Source: Psammoneis japonica
Taxonomy: Eukaryota
Direction: 5' to 3'
DNA length: 64,000 bases
NCBI GenBank assembly: GCA_008632985.1
Contig: QPGO01000036.1
Location: 396,182 to 460,181, forward strand
This document shows positions 25,294-35,620 of this stretch, in pieces (the stretch's first letter is position 1; every line of letters begins with the position of its first letter). A model generated the notes under the pieces. That model saw nothing but the letters and a program-made list of their open reading frames with translations, made no database searches and was not told the DNA's origin. Made by a program: the position numbers and the translations under genes.

Positions 25294-26010
25294 TTACAAC
25301 TTCCACCAAAATTGATGAATCTCTCGCATTGAAACAAACTTCCGCTTTCCGCACATGGGATCGTCGTGTTCCTCAACCGCCGTGATCACAAACAAAGCAC
25401 CAGGTCGAAAAAGAATTTCCCACTCACTCTTGAATTTGGATTGTTTCGTCACGTTCACACCCGATCGACTTTCAATCTTGAACAGTGCATTCTTGCTTGT
25501 GCCAAATTTATTGCAAGCAACATGCTTTCTCAGAGAGGCACTCAAAAAAGCCAGGTCCATGAAGGTGGCTCCAGGATGCAACGAATTGAAACGTGCTCCA
25601 CTGATGTTGGCACCCCGGTGGACTGCACCTTGAAACACTGGACAATTCCGCGACTTGCCCATCGCCTTGACAACAGCATCCACACGGGCTTTTATTTCTG
25701 GACTCAACTTTCCAGAGCGCAAGGCAGAATTCATCTGCTTGCAGCCACCACCCGTGCAATCCTTCATTGCCTTTTTGTCAGTCTTGCGGTCGAATGTCAG
25801 CCGTTTCTTGACAGCATTTTTCAAAAGTGCTGGCGCTCGCTTTCGTGTCGACTTGACTGTTTTGCGCTCCACCAAACAAGCCTTCAATTCCTCCACGACA
25901 CCGATCCGTGCGAATGCGAGCTTGATCCAAAAGTGCAGTTCCCGAGTTTTTGAAAGCATCGCCTGCCTGCGAGCTTCTTCTTCTGCACCGCCATTGCACG
26001 TGATGACCTG
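25294..26010 (-). pseudogene. ADP-ribosyltransferase (R-S-E class, VIP2/C3/ART-like), hypermutated
   Basis: KDCTGGGCKQMNSALR (cf. YT...Y..MN..LR), VHRG (cf. VYRG), FLSAS (cf. FLSTS), KSEWEILF (ExE). The frame is open, but the conserved Tyr/Thr changes are single TA->TG/CA substitutions. The 5' end is uncertain. Confidence 0.8.
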
Positions 26011-26880
26011 TTGAGAGATGCAAGGAGACAACGAGTTTGTGAGTTTCTTTTGGGTGGGCGACAGGGAAAAATGAACGAAAAACACAAAGAACAGACAGGT
26101 CGAGATGCCCATCTCCAACGGTCCAAACACAAAGGTTCGGCAAGGCATCCGCTGAGCCACAAAAGTTTTGGTGGAAGTGCAAGCAGCAGCCAGTCCTTTC
26201 TTTCGAACCAGCCCTGACTCAAGGATGCCGGGTCTGTTCTCGATTGACGCACAAGAAGAACGTGGCACTTGTGTGGGTGGGCCGCACCCGATGAGCATCA
26301 TGGGTGAATGCCCCTCGTCCCAATCCAACACTTTTTTTTTGGCAAGCACCAGCGTTCAACCGCTGGCCCGCATCAATGTCGAACGTTCGCACCGCCATTG
26401 TCTTTCCGTGCAATCACAGACGAAAGAGCAACGGCCAGCACTGACTTCCCTTCACAAAGTGCCTGTTGAACGAGAAGTGAGAACAAAAAGTGTCGTGTTG
26501 TTTCCCGTGTTGATTGATGGGGCGAGCCTCCGAAAAGCGCGAGCTTCGCATTGGGGCTGTTTGATTTTTGTGATAGACACATTTGCCCGTTGCGTCCTAG
26601 TAGGATAACTCAGTAGAATGGACATCACGATTCAATTGCGCTCGCCAAGTTTTTCAGCACGAGCTGACGTCACATTCGATTTGAGTTGATTAGTTGGACT
26701 TAAATCATCCGTCTGTCCCAGAGCGTTTTGCGAACAGTGCGATGCGCGCCGCAGATTCCAAGATGCCGCACTCAACTTTGCAACACACCTCAACCTCCTG
26801 CTTGATAGATTTCCGTTTCCGTCACCTCAATCACAATCACTGTATCTTGTGTTTTCTTTCAGTTCATCACCTGATACAAC

Positions 26881-28467
26881 ATGTGGTCGTCAGCAGTTAG
26901 AAGGAGTTGCTTGTTGACTTCCAGTAAGCTTAGATGCGGTTCCTGCTCCACGCGGCTTGATTTCCCCAAGATTTTCCACCAATCCAAAACAGTATCTTCG
27001 CAGATCAATACGCGCCTGACTTTTTCAGGCTTGCGTTCCTTTTCATCTTCTGGTGGTCCTACTTCCGTAGAAACCTGTGCAGAGAGCTTGCATCGTGCCA
27101 GTGAACAAATTGGAAATCAAGAGGTTGCTAGTGAGTTGGCTAGACGGTTGTCGCCCCAAGCCCGAGAAGAACTCGTAGAGCACCTCTCAAAGACAACCAC
27201 AGCCGCAGCTGCTTCATCACAAAATGTGCCTAATCCTTCCAGTCGCGATTTACGTCTGGTAGCCTTGAACCAGGCGATACCGTTTGTAGGGTTTGGTATT
27301 ATGGACAATGCGATTCTTATTATTGCAGGCGATGCCATTGACACGTCGCTAGGAGTTCTGCTGGGAATTAGCACCTTGTGTGCAGCTGCGATTGGAAATA
27401 TTATAAGTGACGTTGCGGGTGTTATGTTGGGTACAGTCATTGAAGACTTTTGTGCCATGCTGGGACTGCCAGTCCCCAATGTGACAGCGGCTCAACGACA
27501 ATTGCGGTCCGTTCGATTCGCCTCGCAACTCGGATGTGCGATTGGAATTGTGATTGGATGTATCATTGGAATGTTTCCGCTATTGTACATTGATCCCAAT
27601 AAATCACAACGGCTCAAGCAGGTATGTGCACTATTCTTTCCTTCGTGCTACAGTGTGATTGTTCTAATACTTATGCACGCGGGTAATCTTGTTGTACTGG
27701 TAGGCAAAACACATGGATCAAATCTTTCTTGACGTGGTTACCGAGGCCAAGACGTTGATTGGTGCGGAAGTCACGTCGCTCTATCTTGTCGTGGACTCGG
27801 ACACGTCCACGACCCTGTCGTCCACCAGAAATAGTACCAGTGGAAACCAATACCTCTATGCCAAGTATGTCGGAGGAGAAATATCGAGTGAAGAAGGATT
27901 TCGCGGATTGTTGACTCGCGGAATTGCTGGTCGAGCGGCATTGACAGGAGAAGCCGTCAACATCTATGAGTGAGTGTTTCTGTGACTCCAGTCATGCTTG
28001 TATACGCTGCTATCGATTGATTAACGCTGCTGTATTGCTCTTCCTTTTATTCCATCAACAGTGCCCGCACCGAACCAGATTTTGAAGCCGACATGATGTT
28101 GCTCGACAAGAAGCACGAGGTGAAAAATATGCTTTGCGTTCCTGTCTTTGATGCAAAGGGCGGCGTGATTGCTGTCATTCAGGCCATCAACAAGGTAGAA
28201 CAAGGTATAACGGGAAAAGACAAGGATAGTTTAACAATGCTCGACGGGTCGCTCAAGAGTGGCTTTACACCCGCTGATGTGCAAGTCTTGAAGGCATTGG
28301 CAACGCACATTTCCGTCACGCTGCAAAACACACGAGAAGAAGAAAATGAATTGGGATTGCGTGATACTATTCGAATGCTCAAGGACCATGGAGTTGCTGC
28401 AATAACGCAGGAAAACATAGATGGTGGAAGAAACATGCATGGGCGATTGCCACTCTTTGCAGATTAA
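26881..28467 (+). CDS. TMEM65-like membrane protein with C-terminal GAF domain; exons 26881-27621, 27704-27969, 28062-28467
   Basis: TMEM65 motif AIPFVGFGIMDNAILIIAGDAID...STLCAAAIGNIISD...GCIIGMFPL. GAF motifs RGIAGRAALTGEAVNIYD...NMLCVPV...VIAVIQAINK...FTPADVQVL. GT-AG introns restore the frame. The N-terminus is Ser/Arg-rich and presequence-like. Confidence 0.85.
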
Positions 28468-28676
28468 TAGAGCTCTAGCTAGCTAGTTCTTTTTGTTTTG
28501 GTTTTGCAAACTCCATTCAATACGTATCGCTCTCTCGTGCTGAAGCAGACTAATGATAAATAATTGCGCCGCTACCATTTATCTTTACAGTCTCTGAGAT
28601 AATTCTCTAGACTAAACGTAATCGTAGGTGTCGTACTATTGAGAAGCAAGCACAGATCCATTCATCTTTCACCATC

Positions 28677-30594
28677 TCACTCGATACTCGACGCCGAACG
28701 AAAGGAAGTCGAAAGAGAGCTGCGAAGCGAACGCCTCTTGGCTTCAATGACCGTAACATTGGAATCCTTGTTCTTGCTGTGGACTTCCTCAAATGACATT
28801 TCGTTCATGTCAAGCGTTTGCTTCCACGCCTTGCCGCCACAAATACTCATGTTGGACCTGAGAACCATGGATTCACCCGTTTCATCCATGACGGAAACCA
28901 TGACATCACCCTCTGCAGCAACAATGCCATCATCCGAATCATCCACGAGATTGTACAGAATGGCGCCCTCGGCAGCGACAATCTTCTTGGCCGTACAATT
29001 CACAATAATTGCACCCTTTGCCTCGACATGGGGAGAGTCGACCGAGGCCAAGACGGAATCCACAATAGATCCCGCACCAATGTTGCAAGAAAAGATACGC
29101 GAGGAATCCGATACCGTCACGGCGTCACCCAAATCGGAATTCATTTGCTTGTCGGTAACACCCATGAACGTCCTGAGCAAATCGGCATCACTGTCAGTCT
29201 CGATAAGCTTGAGATTGTTCTTGGAATACAAACGCAACTGTCCATAATCCCACCAGCATGCCTTACTACCAACATCAACAGCACCAAAAAGCCCCATGTC
29301 ACCCAAATCAAAATTGCTCTTTAGTTTCGCCATGCGTTCATGATGAGCCTCCGAGACTTGCTTGTCTTGGCCCTTGCCCTCCATAAGAGACGCATACTCC
29401 GAAACAGGCAAGGTGAGCGGCATCCAAAAGTGTGGATCGGTATCAAACTTGGCAACCTTTTCCTTGAGTTCGGAATCAAACTCATCACAGAGTGCCTGCA
29501 AGAGCGCGGCCGACACGGAGAAACTCCCCAAACTGGGTCCAACCTTGGAAATGTGTCCAAGAGAATCCAACATGGCAACCGCAGTAGCGTGGCTAACCTT
29601 TTCCACTTGCACAGCCTCATTGTTATCCATAACAACAATGACACCGTACTTTTCCAAACCGTGCTCGGCCCATTCTTCGGCGGTGGGAGCGGTATCTCCC
29701 AAGAGCGTGCACATGATATCTGCATGATGCGTAGACTCGTACTTGTAGGGAGCACTCGGAATAAAGACTTGATCGCCCCAAAAGACAGATAAGCGTCCCT
29801 TGCGGGAAGGCGCGTAAACACCCGTCTGCTTGACTACAGCTTCCAATACCGTCATGGGTTCATACGACCCGTCATTAAGCTTGTGACAAACCGGGAGTTT
29901 CTGTATTCACATTGCAAAATAGTACAGCGAGGAATCGTTTGTTAGCCATGAAAAGAAACACATTTTGCGAAATTATTTCGAGTTTTGACTTACCACACCG
30001 GGTTTGTTGTTATTCTCACTGGCGGGGAGTGGGGCGAGGCTGTGTGAAAGAAAAAGGCGAAACGGTATGTTTAGAAAAAAAACTGGAAGAACAGCAATTT
30101 CTCGAGCGATTTCTCAATTTCGTCATGATCAAACATAACGCAAAACCAAACTACACAATTCCAAGCCCTCTTATACACAGATATAGCATACAGAAGAACA
30201 GCACATACTAAAAACCTGTCGATCACCGTATCTAGACTCACCGTGTTCCTTTCCCCGCAGTGTGGTAGAGAGCGGCCGAGATCTCTCCCTTACTCAACAG
30301 CTCTGGCAAATCCACACCATGTCGCTCCTTAGCCACAGCACTAGCCTTCTGAAAGGCATAAAGAGTCCCCAAGCCATTTCCGGCTCCTCCAGGACCCCAG
30401 TCCTCCGACACGGCAAGCACCATGGGAAAGGCATCCGACGTAGTGTTGCGGCAAATACCCTCCGACAAACGCTTCGTCCAATACTCGGCTTGATAATCAT
30501 CTGTCGTGCAAATAATCGTCACGTCATAGAGGCGACCTTCGTTTGTCATGGCAGACACTGCAGCCTCGAGGGCCGCTTGAGCATCCGTCGTCAT
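28677..30594 (-). CDS. Nucleotidyltransferase-fold protein (sugar-phosphate NTase/AGPase-like architecture); exons 30594-30242, 30039-29994, 29900-28677
   Basis: The spliced product gives HTAGKGTRLAPLPASENNNKPGVKLP (GxGTRLxPL...K signature), WWDYGQLRLY, and a C-terminal small-residue repeat region resembling a beta-helix. Both GT-AG introns keep the frame. Confidence 0.7.
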
Positions 30595-31009
30595 TGTCGT
30601 GTCTTTTTTGTGAGACGAGAAATGAGAAATGCATCGGTCATCACGATGTCTGATGGCAAACGACTGGTATCTTTTTTACGTAGTTTCGGCGTGTCAACAT
30701 TTCTACGTGGGAATCCGTAGGAGTGTACTACAAGATCTTTGAACGACGGACGGACGGGCAAGAACTCCATTTTCCGTCCGTCCGCCATCCGTTATTTCAA
30801 TACCAGCGAGTACGTAGATTCTACGTGACCAATGACCCGATCTTTCCCAGCACGCGCCAAAATCACGCGAAGCGACACACCGCGCGCGCATCGCATCAGC
30901 ACGTTTGTCCGTTGGGTCAAGTCTCAATCAACAGACAAACAGCAACACAATCAACAACACATCGAATATCGACTGTGCATGCCTTGAAGCGATCATATCT
31001 ATTCACACC

Positions 31010-34000
31010 ATGGAAGAACCGGCAGTATCTCCGGACGCCGCTGCTACTCTATCTAATTCTATTGAAAAGGATGACTCGTCGGATCTCTGTTTTGATAATG
31101 ACGACGGCCGCGGCAGTGACTTTGTACCGGACTCTCTGGCGAAGTTTTTTTCAAAAAGCAAAGCCACCTTTGATGATATGGAAGCGTCTCTGCGTCAGCA
31201 TTTAAAACCCGACGGGTCACCTCGCTTACCAACAAACGATCCAGATGGAGAAGTCAGTACTGCTCCGGACGAAGACGATCAGGATCGCCAGTTGAAACAG
31301 GAAATCATGGAGAAATACAAGCAGAATCGCAGTGTTTTGTTTTCTCCCGCAGAGAGTGATTTGGCCTTGACTCCTCCTCCGAATCCCACAATTGACATGA
31401 CATTGTCTCAAGCAAAGCACATGGCGTTGCATAATACGAACGAAAAGGTGCTGGTGGGCGGTGCCGAACAGGTTACTCTGACTGTATCCTCCAACAACGG
31501 GAATGACCTCACGCACATCTTTGACGAAGAAAAGGAGCTGCCCACTCAAGAACTAGTGAATCGATCGCTGGAAGGAGAATTGCAACGTGCTGCGGTGCCA
31601 GAAGTCGATATGCCAAAAGAGGAGCCACAGCCCACCTCTCTCGTACTTGAAAATGAGCCACAGCCGACATCTATCGTACCGGTAGTTGAAGACGACTCTG
31701 CCTTTTTACCAAATCGTGCACCGCCCATCACGGTCCAAGCTCCGGCCCCGCAGACTGAAACACGCCGAGCTGCTGTTGCTGCACCACCGAGCAAGGTTAC
31801 CACTCGCAGGCCCAAGCCTACGACTCGATCTCGCCCCGTCTCTATTCATACTAAAAACTCTGCTGGTCCTGGAGCTTCTTCTAAACAGCGAGTCACACCA
31901 AGATCGTCCAACTCGTCGACAAGCAGGCTACTCCAGGGAACAGCCGCGTCTCGCGCTCGCTCTTCTCCACCCGCAAAAAAGGTATTGACACAGTCCAATC
32001 GGCGCGATCCTTATCGTGTGCAACAGAGTTCAGCACGGTCTAGTAAAAGGCAAACTCCGCCAGGAAAACTTCAGATTGGAGACGTAAACTCAAAGTCTGC
32101 CATAGATAGCGAGAAGAAAGCAAAGGAAGCCCAGGCTCGAGCCAAGGAACGGATTCGTCAACGAAAAGAGCAAGAGCAAAAGGCTGGAAAGGAAAACGCT
32201 ACACGGGAACAGCTAATGGCGGAACGAAAGCGACGCATGTCCACAAGCTCGTTGCGTGTTTCCTCGTGGGATCCAAACCCCATTAGTCGAGCCTCGGGAA
32301 CACCAACGCATGGATCCTCAGTGGTGCCGATGAAGACTGCAGTGTCCCGGGGATCTAGGAGAAAGTCTCATGTCACGGTCCCTAAGCCCCCACGTCTTTC
32401 CACTCTTGCCAAGTATGGAGACAAGCCACCGCCAACCGTGGTTGCAAAAAAAGAAGCGCAGGCTCCCTCTCCCACCGCAAAATCTGTATCATCCCGTCCC
32501 CAACGCACGATACCCAAGCCTTTTCACTTTCACGGTAAGCCACAGTCCAAACCTCCTGTAACTCCCCGAGAAGCGGATTTGACACTCGCAGAGCAGATGG
32601 AAGCCTTGACTCGAAAAGGCTTTGGGGACTTTTCCAAGGGAAGCACACCACCGCCCACGGACGGAAAGGTTACGATTCCCAAGACACCGCATTTTTCAAT
32701 AGCACACAAGCGTGCCTTGCCAAAGTCGACGGCACAAAAGGAAGAAGAGGAAATGGAGTACTTCAGGCAGCATCCCTTTCGAGCTAAACCCATTATGCAG
32801 CAAGCTCCTCCTCCCGCAAAGCCCAAGAATGTCTCTCGAAGGCGCACCATCACCACGGTGCAACCCTTTCACTTGCGCAGTGATGAACGAGCGGCGCACG
32901 CCAAACCGCTTCCGCCGCCGTCGGATCAGGCGGACTTGCAGGAATGCAAGAAACGTTTTCATGCGCGGCCCATGCCATCCACTAAAAGCAGGCCTCCTCG
33001 AACGACCGGTAGTTTGCCGAATGGTTCGGCTCCCAAGAAATCCACTGTAACTACGCCAGCGCCATTTCATTTGTCCACGCGTACGCGTTCTGAACCTCGC
33101 AGAGCTGCCGTTCCAGAGGAGAAGAAACACAAGCCGTTTCATGCGCGGCCAGTCCCCAAGTCAACCTTTACTCCGAGTGTCACACCGGGACGCATGAAAA
33201 ACAGCAGCAGCTCTACTTCTCGTGCAACTCCAGCAGCAGCAAAGTCTTTGGGACCCCCACGGTTGGCAACCATGACTAGATCGGATCGGCGACAAGCCGC
33301 GACCGAGTCGTCTCGTCGTAATGCAGATGCCATGGCGAGGGAGAAGAAACAATTGGCTATTCGTCGTCAACGGGAATATCACCAGGAAGAAATGGCCAAG
33401 TCCTTGGAACACTCCCCGCTCTTGGCCAAGTCTCCCGGCAAGGTTCAACCCTTTCATCTCGAATCAGAAGAACGCCACGCTGCGTGTGTACGTGAGCGTC
33501 AAACGGAAATGCGCCACGAATTAGAGCAGGAGCAAAAACTCATGGAGTTTCACGCTCGTCCCTTTCATGCATCCCCGCCACCGAAACCTTTGGCAAAGCC
33601 TCGTCACATGACGGAGCCCGAACCCTTTCATTTGCGTTCTGTAGCCTTGCACGAGCGATCCAAATCACAAGAGATGCACGACAGAATGGCTGCCGAGGAA
33701 CAAGAGGAACGAGCGTCTCGCTTTGTCGCCCGGTCGGTTCCCAAGACAACGTACAAGGCCCAACCAGTCGCGGCTACGACACCCAAACCCAAACTGGTAT
33801 CTCCGCACGGTCCCAAATTACATTCGGAACTTCGTGCCGAGCAACGGCGTGAATTTGACAAGTCTGTAGAAATGGAACGCCAGCGGGAAGCGGAGGAAAA
33901 GCTGGCGTTGGAGCGTCAATTGCAGGCGGAACAAGAAGCAGATATTCGGGAAAAGCGACACCTTCCGTCCAGCGAGGGCGGTTTCATGCCGACGGTGGAG

Positions 34001-34069
34001 CCAGTCAATGCTGTCTTTCACAACAGTAGGGGGCAACAACAAGAACACGAACATGATGGAGAAGAGTGA
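31010..34069 (+). CDS. TPX2-like microtubule-associated repeat protein
   Basis: Intact ~1019-aa ORF, low complexity and basic. Alternating repeats T.P.PF.(F/L) and F.ARP.P (TIPKPFHF, TVQPFHLRSDERA, FHARPMP, TEPEPFHLRS) with coiled-coil ends, as in TPX2-family proteins. Confidence 0.7.
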   Translation: MEEPAVSPDAAATLSNSIEKDDSSDLCFDNDDGRGSDFVPDSLAKFFSKSKATFDDMEASLRQHLKPDGSPRLPTNDPDGEVSTAPDEDDQDRQLKQEIMEKYKQNRSVLFSPAESDLALTPPPNPTIDMTLSQAKHMALHNTNEKVLVGGAEQVTLTVSSNNGNDLTHIFDEEKELPTQELVNRSLEGELQRAAVPEVDMPKEEPQPTSLVLENEPQPTSIVPVVEDDSAFLPNRAPPITVQAPAPQTETRRAAVAAPPSKVTTRRPKPTTRSRPVSIHTKNSAGPGASSKQRVTPRSSNSSTSRLLQGTAASRARSSPPAKKVLTQSNRRDPYRVQQSSARSSKRQTPPGKLQIGDVNSKSAIDSEKKAKEAQARAKERIRQRKEQEQKAGKENATREQLMAERKRRMSTSSLRVSSWDPNPISRASGTPTHGSSVVPMKTAVSRGSRRKSHVTVPKPPRLSTLAKYGDKPPPTVVAKKEAQAPSPTAKSVSSRPQRTIPKPFHFHGKPQSKPPVTPREADLTLAEQMEALTRKGFGDFSKGSTPPPTDGKVTIPKTPHFSIAHKRALPKSTAQKEEEEMEYFRQHPFRAKPIMQQAPPPAKPKNVSRRRTITTVQPFHLRSDERAAHAKPLPPPSDQADLQECKKRFHARPMPSTKSRPPRTTGSLPNGSAPKKSTVTTPAPFHLSTRTRSEPRRAAVPEEKKHKPFHARPVPKSTFTPSVTPGRMKNSSSSTSRATPAAAKSLGPPRLATMTRSDRRQAATESSRRNADAMAREKKQLAIRRQREYHQEEMAKSLEHSPLLAKSPGKVQPFHLESEERHAACVRERQTEMRHELEQEQKLMEFHARPFHASPPPKPLAKPRHMTEPEPFHLRSVALHERSKSQEMHDRMAAEEQEERASRFVARSVPKTTYKAQPVAATTPKPKLVSPHGPKLHSELRAEQRREFDKSVEMERQREAEEKLALERQLQAEQEADIREKRHLPSSEGGFMPTVEPVNAVFHNSRGQQQEHEHDGEE

Positions 34070-34587
34070 GGATCATAAAGTGTTGGGATGCGTGTTTTTG
34101 GGGAGAGCAAGATTGATCTGGCAAAAGGGAATGATTCTTGCTACTTAGTAATTAGTTTGTTGTTTCTTACATCATACAGTAGCTTACTGAAATGAATACA
34201 GGATCTATGTTTGATACGCGCTATTCTACTCAACCAATCATTTCTTCCTCTTACGAGACGTAGGGAACACGAACATTTCTGAATGGGTTTCGTGAGGCAG
34301 GGAGAGCAAGATCTATCAAACGAACAATTGCCATACTTGCTTGTTCTAGAACTTTGGAAGTTGCGCCTTACAGGACTGTATTGCGACAAGTTATTCTACT
34401 CAGTCACCGTATCGTACGTGCTATTAGACTTTACTCAGTATTTCACTCGACAGGCTGGACAAGAGCTACAAAAAGCAATAATAGCAACGAGAAAAGTACT
34501 TCGTATTTCTAGATACTATATGAGTTGTGCCTGACAAGTCATTCTATCTTCTGTTCAAACATAAGCGACGTCAAAATCCTTAGACAC

Positions 34588-35153
34588 CTAAGCCGTCACT
34601 CCTGCAGCCTTTTGCGTCGAACGAACACGAGCCGTCGGCACCTCGAGCGAAACTTCGCAGCATTTGCTCAAAAGCACATCAACGGCCTTTTGCGCATTCC
34701 TCTGAAACTGTCCCTGCATGAGCTGAATCTCCGCATTGGTTTCCGTCTGCAGCTTGGCCGACGCCGATCCCTCGTTGCCACCGGCAGACAACACCATGTT
34801 GTTGAATTCATCCTGCTTTTCGGACCGGTACGCGTCAATCAGAGTTTGAGCCTCCGCCTTGGCCTGCTTCATACGATCTCCACGGCCTATTCAAATAATC
34901 ATATAGAAGAAAAAGAAGAGCAAGCTTGAGTAAGGCTACGCCATTGTCATTTTTAGTTTGGCGAGGATCTTCTCGTCACACCCTCGCGTAGAAACAATAC
35001 GAGATCCTACGCAGCGGCACTTTTCGGCATGTTGCGCACTGCAAAGCGTAACGATTCTCTGTTGACAAACGTACCAATACGAGCTTCAGCTACAATTTGA
35101 GAGGCACGCGTCTCCGCGGCCATGAGCTCTTGAATACCAGTTCCACTCTGCAT
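34588..35153 (-). CDS. ATP6V1G: V-type H+-ATPase subunit G; exons 35153-35075, 34886-34588
   Basis: Spliced MQSGTGIQELMAAETRASQIVAEARIGRGDRMKQAKAEAQ... matches the subunit G pattern. One GT-AG intron, in frame. Confidence 0.92.
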
Positions 35154-35620
35154 TGTTGTTTACTAGAGTAGAGCGCAGAGGACGATCAACGTCGTGTTGT
35201 GTCTTTGCTTCATGGCGAGAAAGAGCGAGAGGCCGGCGACGACGGTTTAGGTGTTCGCATATTAACTTCGAATTCTCGTATATTTTCTACGTAAAATTGA
35301 TGTTGTGTGCAAAAACTGATACAATCTTGCAAATTGGGGTTCGTGTACCTGCAGTAATAGTTTTACGTGGAGAGTACGTAGATATCAACGGTCAGTCGAG
35401 TCACGAGCTGCCATTCGTGGTATGCACAAACGCGCACGACAAACGACGACAGCAAAAAATCGAACATCTTGGAGGGAAAGCAGTCGGTGTTTTGTGTAAT
35501 AACGTAAGTCTAGCTACTCTAGCTAGCAATCTCTCTTTCTCGTTGTCCCCTCAGAACATCAAAAGCAGCCATAAAACTGACTAATGCAGAATTAGCTAGC
35601 CTCTTGTCGTGCGAAGAGCC

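Larger units (their letters stand above)
16330..26570. other. TpA-depleted hypermutated repeat domain 2
   Basis: TA is very rare throughout. CpG is also scarce in ~16600-20400 but retained in ~20700-26570. TA returns abruptly at ~26570-26620 (cctagtaggataactcagtag). Confidence 0.9.
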
